From: Amoebophrya sp. A120
Taxonomy: Eukaryota > Protista > Dinoflagellata
Length of the DNA stretch: 64,000 nt
Direction of reading: 5' to 3'
Assembly: GCA_905178155.1 (NCBI GenBank)
Contig: CAJINV010000012.1
Span: 1,306,492-1,370,491, forward strand
Shown here: positions 57,531 through 64,000 of the stretch, piece after piece
Layout: each line of letters opens with the position of its first letter
Numbering within the stretch: the first letter of the stretch is position 1
Program-made: the position numbers and the translations under genes
The notes under the pieces: model-generated
Database searches by the model: none
Told to the model about the DNA's origin: nothing
What the model saw: the letters and a program-made list of their open reading frames with translations, nothing else

Positions 57531-60500
57531 ATGCCGTCCGGCTATCAGAAGCAGGTGCTGATGGTGGCGGAGAAGCCGTCCATTGCGGAAGCCTTAGCCA
57601 ATGCCCTCGCGGAGAACAAATCGAAGATCACAAAATCGAAACGAACCAGCCCGGTGTCGCCCATCTTGGAATTCGAGGGCTATTTTCCCTTCATCAAGAA
57701 GGGCCAGGAAAAGGTGTGGATCAAAATCACTTCGGCCGCGGGACACGTGTACAAGCGGGAGTTTACCAAGGAGTACTTGGACCGCAGGCAGCACCCGCCC
57801 ATCGTCCTCTTCGATGCCACCACGGAGCACTTGGAGGCCAACGGCAAGGCGCGCATGTATTGACAGGAAAAATCCCCCCTCCCCATATGGAAAAGGTATG
57901 TCTCCAAAAATTTGTATTGCGGATTTGAGGCCACAAATCACGTTTGTGTTGCAAGAAGACAAGGGCAGCAGCTCCCATCCCATTATGGAGGCGGTTTGTC
58001 ATGCTGTTGGGCCCAAAGGGGGGCCGTTTGCCATGCTGAACTACTAGACCCATACGCCCCTACCTAGCCTGGGGATCTGGCCGCAGTGCCTCTCTGCAAT
58101 ACAAAGCTGATTTGTGGCCACAAATCAGCATCACAGTTTTCCGTTTTCATATGGGGAGGGGAGATTTTTCATTTTGATAGCATGCCGGCCCACTTCAAGC
58201 AGGAGGCGAAAGACTGCAGCTACCTCGTGCTTTGGCTGGACTGCGATCGCGAGGGAGAGAACATCTGCTTCGAGGTGATGCGGTCCGCGGTCAACATGGC
58301 GGAGGACGAAAACAGCCGGCTGATTCCGAAGAAGCGGGTCCTGCGCGCGATCTTCTCGGCGTTGGACGAAAAATCGCTGCAAGAAGCGTATTGGGGCCTT
58401 TCCGGCGACGGGCCCAACAAAAACGAGTCGGACGCGGTGGAGGCGCGGCAGGAACTGGACCTGAAAATTATTGTGAGGAAAATTCCCCCCTCCCCATATC
58501 GAAAAGGCGCGCTTTTCAAAATTTGTGATGCTGATTTGTGGTCACAAATCGAGTCTGTCTTGCACGAGGGCAAAGCCCGAGCCTCCGCCGCAATTCGCCG
58601 GCGATTTGTAGTGCTGCTGCGCCAATGGGGCAGACGTCTGCCATGCTAAGCGCTGATCTCAAGCCACCCCTTTCCGGGCTTTGCATCTGCCTGCAGTGCT
58701 CTACTGCAAGACAGAGCTGACCTGTGTACGCAGATACAGCATCACAGACTTCCCTTTCGATATGGGGCGGGGGGATTTTTCATTTTGATAAAAATCGGGT
58801 GCGCGTGGACGCGGTTCCAGTCCCAGTTCTTCGCCGGACGATATCGGGATTTGGACGCGCAACTAATCAGTTACGGACCCTGTCAGACCCCAACCTTGTG
58901 GTAAGCATGAAGTGAGATCAGTTTGAAACTGGAAGAACTTTGGAAGGCGAAAGAGCGGTGTGCCGTTTTTCTTTCGCGCCGTCCATAATAAGTACAGAGC
59001 GCGCATCAACAGCAGTCGGCGCTTGCGTTTTTTTCGCCGGGCCGGGAACCCCTAGAAAAGCGCACTGCTTTAGTCCCGTCGACGCGCACTGCGTATTTAT
59101 TAGTCCTTGGGTGCGCACTACTTAAGCCCATCTCGCACTACTTAAGTCCATGTTCGCGCACTACTTAAGCCTTTTGCGCACTGCTTAAGTCTTTCGCGCA
59201 TTACTTAAGCCTTTCGCGCACTGCTTAAGTCTTTCGCGCACTACTTAAGCATTTCGCGCACTGGCTCAGCCCTTCGCGCACTGCTTAAGTCTTTCGCGCA
59301 CGACTTAAGCCCGCCTTCGCGCAGTATTTAGACCCCCCGCGCACTACTTAAGCGCTGCGCCCACAGCTTGACTCGTTTTGTCTTCTTTGCTTCTCGCAAA
59401 AGCATGAAGGAAGATCTTGTTTCGCATGACAACAATAAAGTTTCGATCAAAACGACCCAGGTTCTGCGTCCAGCGGCACGACCAGATAAAGAGCTTCAAG
59501 CCGGAGAAATTCTACCACCTGAGCCTGAAAATCAAGGTCCAGTCGCTGTTCGAAAAGATGATACTGAAGCAGAAGCAGATTGACCCGCAGAAGCGAACGC
59601 CGAAGAGCATCGCGCTGTTTAACAAGTACGAGTTTTTCAAGCAGCAAAACCCGCAGATCAACCGAACGGGCATGCAGGGGGTGGTGAAGGACGAAACAAT
59701 AGATATCCTCAGCAAAAACGTCCCCAAGACCCCAGAGTTGTCATGCAGATGTACAATTACAGAAAACGTTTGTAATGCGCAGCTCCATGATGAGTAGAGG
59801 CATTTCCGGTCGTGTTTTTGAATTTGAATGCTGTAAACAGGATGAGAAAATAGCTTTCGTGTGCGGCTTCCCCCGCCAACCAGCACTACACTGCAGAGCA
59901 GGAAGACTTGTCATGCACAGCTCCCAAAACTTGGAGACTTGTGATGCTAGATTCCCAAGTAGAACTTGGCTATTGATTGGGTGGGGACGTTTTTACATAT
60001 GATAATCGATTTGGAGTGGACGAAGGGCCCGCTGTTTTCCGCCGAAGTGGTTCAGGGGTTCAAATCCATGCTCGTGAAAAACTTCGTCTCCTCCGCCCAC
60101 GTATCAAATGCAAAAATGTCTGGGTCTGGAAACGTGTAGTGCTGCGTTGGGAATAGTGAATGCTCTGTAATGCACAGCCAAGCATGAGAAATATCTGCGC
60201 TTCTTTGTGTTGCGTTTTTCGCATGACAGGCTGCGTCTTTGCATCACAGGCAAAAGGGTCTCTTCTTGGACACGCATCACAAGCTTTTTGGTCATGCCAG
60301 ACAAGCATGACAAACGTGCATTCTTCCAGACCCAGACATTTTTACATTTGATACCACGCGGGTGTCCCCCGCGGGAGCGTCACGAGTGGGGGCAGTAGCT
60401 CTTCCACCAGCAGTTGTGCCTCCAGCACGACAAAGTCCCTGCAGTTAGAAGTGACCACCTGCAGTCGCAAAGAGGGCGTGCAGCAGCGACCACTCGGGAT

Positions 60501-63440
60501 GAACACGGTCACGATGTTGAAGCTCGCCTCGAGTTTACTGAACATCGGCTATCAAACGCAAATTTCAATCTGGGTCTGGAATGTTGTGATGCAAGTCTGT
60601 GAATGGCAGTGACCTCCACGGGGCGCACTGCAACGTGGAGCCAAGCAGAAAGAGAAGTTTATGACGTGCGTATGTGTTTCGTTTTCATCCGCATGGCAAG
60701 CTGATGTTTTTGCATGACGGGCAAGAAGGCGTGCCCTTATTTTATTTCTGCTTGTTTTTATGCAACACAGATTCAAGACGAGTCATGCCAGACAAGCATG
60801 ACAAACGTGCATTCTCCCAGGCCCAAATACATTTGCAATGCATATCGGCCCACACGAAGCGATGCGGGAGGCGGAGACGCTGTTATCAAATGTAAAAATG
60901 TCTGGGTCTGGAAGATTTCTAGATTTGTCATGCATATTTTCCATGACCCACGATGTCTGTGATGCATGCCGTAGCATCGCAGATTTTTGGAGCGCTTTGT
61001 GATACCTCTACCGCATGAGAAATGCCCTCTCCGCGTAGCACAAACTAGAGTCCTCTTGCTCGTCATGCAATACAAATTTTTTCAGAATCCAGAGACAGCA
61101 TCACAAGTTTAGAATGTTCCAGACCCAGACACTTTTGCATTTGATAGCTGTATCTCCGGGGCTATTTGACCTACCCGCGAACGGAGACCACCGCGTACCC
61201 CAAAACCTTCGACTTCGATTCCCTCATCCAGCGACAGGCCAACAGCACCCTCCCCTGGGCGCCACAGGCGAAGCTGTTGCAGAGGCAGAAACCGCGGAAG
61301 GGCGTGGACGCGGGGGACCATCCGCCGATCACGCCAACTTTGCAGGTGCCGCGGAGCGTGGACGAGTTCGGATCGAAATCCACCTGGAGATTGTACGATC
61401 TGATCACAAGAAACTTCCTGGCGTCCGTGTCTACCGATTTGGTCTTCGAAGTGCGAAAGTGGGGGCTGACTTTGTCCAACCCGGAGCAGCTGGGGCAGAA
61501 CCCGAGAAACCATGTTGTCGGAACTACGCCGGGGCAGAATGTGCAGCACCAAACGCGGATCGACAAGAACGAATACGAACCGGTGACGTACCAGTTTGCG
61601 ATTTCGGAGCGGAATCTGATCGACGCCGGGTTCCAGCGTTTGCTGGTGAATAACTTCGACGAAGAGAATTACAAGCACCAGTTTCACAGTGGGACGCCGT
61701 ACGGGATCGGGGAACTGCTCGAACTTTACGAGACCATCCACTTGAAGTACGAGGTGGAGAAGGACGACGAGCAGTTTTTCAAGTCCAACAAACGAATGAT
61801 CCAAAACGACTGTGTTTTGGACTCAAAAGAGATGGAAACCAGTCCGCCGGAGTACCTCAGCGAATCAGACCTGCTCGCCTTGATGGATGCAAATGGGATC
61901 GGTATAGAATAATCTAGATAGCTTTTCAGCATGCGAAAGTGTTTTTGTCATGCTGTGACTGACGCACGTTGCACTTTTGATTCTGGAATGAACATCCACC
62001 AAATTATATTCACTCCAGGCACCGACGCATCGATGGCCACCCACATCCAGACCATCGGTGACAGAAATTACGTGGAGATTACCGGGGGAAGGCGGCTGAT
62101 TCCGACGAAATTGGGCATAGCGCTGGTTCACGGCTATTCGCTAGTGGACAACGAGCTCTGCGTGCCTAGGCTGCGGCAAGACATGGAGGCGAGCTGCACG
62201 GCGATTGCAAAAGGGGAAGCGTCGAAAAAACAGGTAGAGAACAAGGACTACTTTTCATGTTGATACGACAATTTTTTTTGTTGGTACCAAGAACAAGAAA
62301 GGTTCTCCCCGTGAAGATGCAAACCTGCACGACATTCCAGAAGATAATTCGATCTAGCAGCGCAAGCTTCTGCATCAATCACAATCACACCCCACCGCAT
62401 AGGTCGTGCGCCACACTTTGGAAACGTTCAAGGCGAAGTTTGATTTTTTCGAAAAGCACATTTCCTTCATGGACCAGCTGTTCCAAAAAGAATACGAGTT
62501 CGTTGGCGCGGCGGGGGGTTTGCTGGGCGGCAGCAACGCAACCTCGACCATGAACAGTCTGAATAACAAGGGCAAGGGGAAAAACGACACGGGGCCCAGC
62601 ATCGACGAATTGCGCGAATTGCAGAGGCTCGGTCTCGGCAAGGGCGATTTCCAGCACAAGCTGGATAAAGCGAATGGGAAAGGTAGTAGGGTTTTTTTTT
62701 GTACAAAGAATAAATTCCGATATAATTCTTGCACCGCTACACTCATAGAATTACGTTTTGGTCGTGCCATTACAACACATCATTAAAACCACCCAAAAAA
62801 AATCGGACCTCCCCACTCCTAGGCGGCAAAGGCAGCAAGAAGGGCAAGGGGAAGAAGGGCAAGGACCGCGACGACGAAGATGGTGGGAGGAAAGGCAAGG
62901 GAAAACGCGACCGGGACGACGATTACGTGCCGCCAGACGAGCAGTGCTACATCGCGTCAAACCAGAAATTATGCATTGCAAATATGTCTGGACGTCTGGA
63001 AACCTGTGATGCGAGGAAGGGACTATTGAGCACACTGTAATGCGCTGCCAAGCATGCCAAATATTTCGGCGCTTCTGAGTTGCGTACTCCGCATGAGAAG
63101 CTGCGTTTTTGCATGACAGCCAAGAGAAGCTCTACTTTGTGGCCACGCAATACAGAGCTCGGAGTCATACCAGACTAGCACGACAAAGCTCGCAATCTCC
63201 CAGACATCCAGGGATATTTGCATTTGATAGAAATCGGACCCGGGTTTGGGGATTGTGGTTGTCTCCGCCAAGGAGAAAAAAGCGAAAGAGCTGGAAAAGA
63301 AGTTGAAGGAAATCGACCGGTTAGAGGATTCTGTTCTCGCGGAGGGGAAGGTGTTAGACGCGGCGCAAAAGAAAAAAGTCGCCATGCGGGGAGAATTGGA
63401 AGAGGAACTGCGGAAGGTGTTGGGGAAATTCAGCGGGTGA
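57531..63440 (+). CDS. TOP3B: DNA topoisomerase III beta (type IA)
   Basis: TOPRIM VLMVAEKPSIA and LVLWLDCDREGENICFEV; RQELDLKIGCAWTRFQ; ISYGPCQTPTLWFCV; catalytic LYLRGYLTYPRTET; DAGDHPPITP; GIGTDASMATHI. 7 elements plus GT-AG introns 58901-59460, 61902-62018, 62234-62402 and 62683-62822. Confidence 0.93.
57858..58179. mobile_element. Introner, family B
   Basis: TSD GCATG; join reads KARMPAHF. Confidence 0.92.
58469..58790. mobile_element. Introner, family B
   Basis: TSD AAAAT; join reads ELDLKIGCAWTRFQ. Confidence 0.92.
59113..59360. repeat. Minisatellite, ~12 copies of a ~20-bp unit GCGCACTRCTTAAGYCTTTC, inside a TOP3B GT-AG intron
   Basis: Directly visible head-to-tail repeats with no unique spacers. 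Confidence 0.9.
59704..60004. mobile_element. Introner, family G
   Basis: TSD ATAGA/ATCGA; join reads ETIDLEW. Confidence 0.88.
60102..60353. mobile_element. Introner, family A
   Basis: TSD CCACG. Confidence 0.92.
60550..60844. mobile_element. Introner, family A
   Basis: TSD TCGGC; join reads LNIGPHEAM. Confidence 0.92.
60884..61146. mobile_element. Introner, family A
   Basis: TSD GCTGT; join reads AETLYLRGYLTYPRT. Confidence 0.93.
62970..63229. mobile_element. Introner, family A (variant)
   Basis: TSD GAAAT; join reads SNQKSDPG. Confidence 0.88.
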
Positions 63441-64000
63441 ATATAAAGGAAAGCCGCGCTCTTTTTGCCATGCCGAAGTTGACGAACGACTGTAACTACT
63501 TACGCGAAATTATCATGGGTTGTATGTTTCACCGATAAGATGAAATCAGGTTTTTTCAGTTCAATGCGACAATACTAGTAAGTAAGTACCAGCATCCTCG
63601 AGAGCGGTTCTTACTCAGGGAAAGACGTTGGAAAAATGAAATCACGGCAGAGGAGTGATTCTCTTACTTTCATCAGAGGCAAGTGCTTCTAGAGACGCTT
63701 GCAATTTTCGACTTTCAGCTTTTAGCTATCTTTACTATGTTTGAACAATTATCGCGAAAGGAAGCTGCCACAGTGTGGGCTTTTCATCAACATTTTAACA
63801 TCATCATGCGAGAAAATGTACACGGATTCGAAACCGAATCAGATTTTCTAGAAAATTTCGAAGAAACGCAATAAACGACGGTAATACCGGCGGACCGCAC
63901 ATCATAACTGCCTGGCCCTGGCCGGCTGCATCAGCAAAGAAATCCGGTGCTTTCTTCTGGAGCAGTAGCTAGACCTTTGTTTGTTTGAAAGTCAATGGCT

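Noticed and set aside
59113-59360. CRISPR-like array
   Set aside because: Units are head-to-tail without unique spacers, there are no cas genes, and the context is a eukaryotic intron.
472-60009. Using the position of TSD mismatches alone to place the splice site
   Set aside because: Every TSD position has one intronic copy under any register, and mismatches occur at all five positions, so only stop-codon or homology cases are informative.
472-63229. Elements as Tc1/mariner MITEs with a TA target duplication
   Set aside because: A separate 5-bp duplication lies outside the TA, and frames are restored only if both TAs are removed, so TA belongs to the TIR.
645-63385. Many short ORFs sharing peptides such as YGEGGFF, KNPPSPY, FQTQTFLHLI, PDPDIFAFD as a repeated protein family
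   Set aside because: They are translations of the family A and B TIRs in various frames, not genes.

Overview
Eukaryotic, gene-dense nuclear DNA. The gene content and intron architecture point to a syndinian/early dinoflagellate parasite such as Amoebophrya (inference). I reconstructed 12 split protein genes by hand. Eleven lie on the minus strand from 1 to 52.7 kb: coiled-coil protein, bacterial-type GshA-like ATP-grasp ligase, ApaG-domain protein, membrane-anchored MK-rich protein, small unknown protein, Nup96-like, DRC8/EFCAB2, mS34-like, SMYD-type SET protein, M3 peptidase and MKT1. A ~4.8 kb gene-free divergent strand-switch region follows, then TOP3B on the plus strand. The dominant feature is 68 short MITE-like 'introner' elements (about 17.7 kb, ~28% of the window) from at least 8 terminal-inverted-repeat (TIR) families plus several decayed singletons. 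They run TA...TA, are flanked by 5-bp target-site duplications (TSDs), sit almost always in coding exons in either orientation, and restore the reading frame exactly when removed with one TSD copy, mostly without GT-AG ends. Stop-codon constraints and one-sided decay of the termini suggest a splice rule: the intron starts one base before the 5' TA (N-T-A, mimicking GTA) and ends 4 nt after the 3' TA. A GCATNACAA motif is shared by the families and also appears in several canonical introns. No transposase, rRNA, tRNA or CRISPR was seen. All coordinates and family assignments were made by eye; no searches were run.
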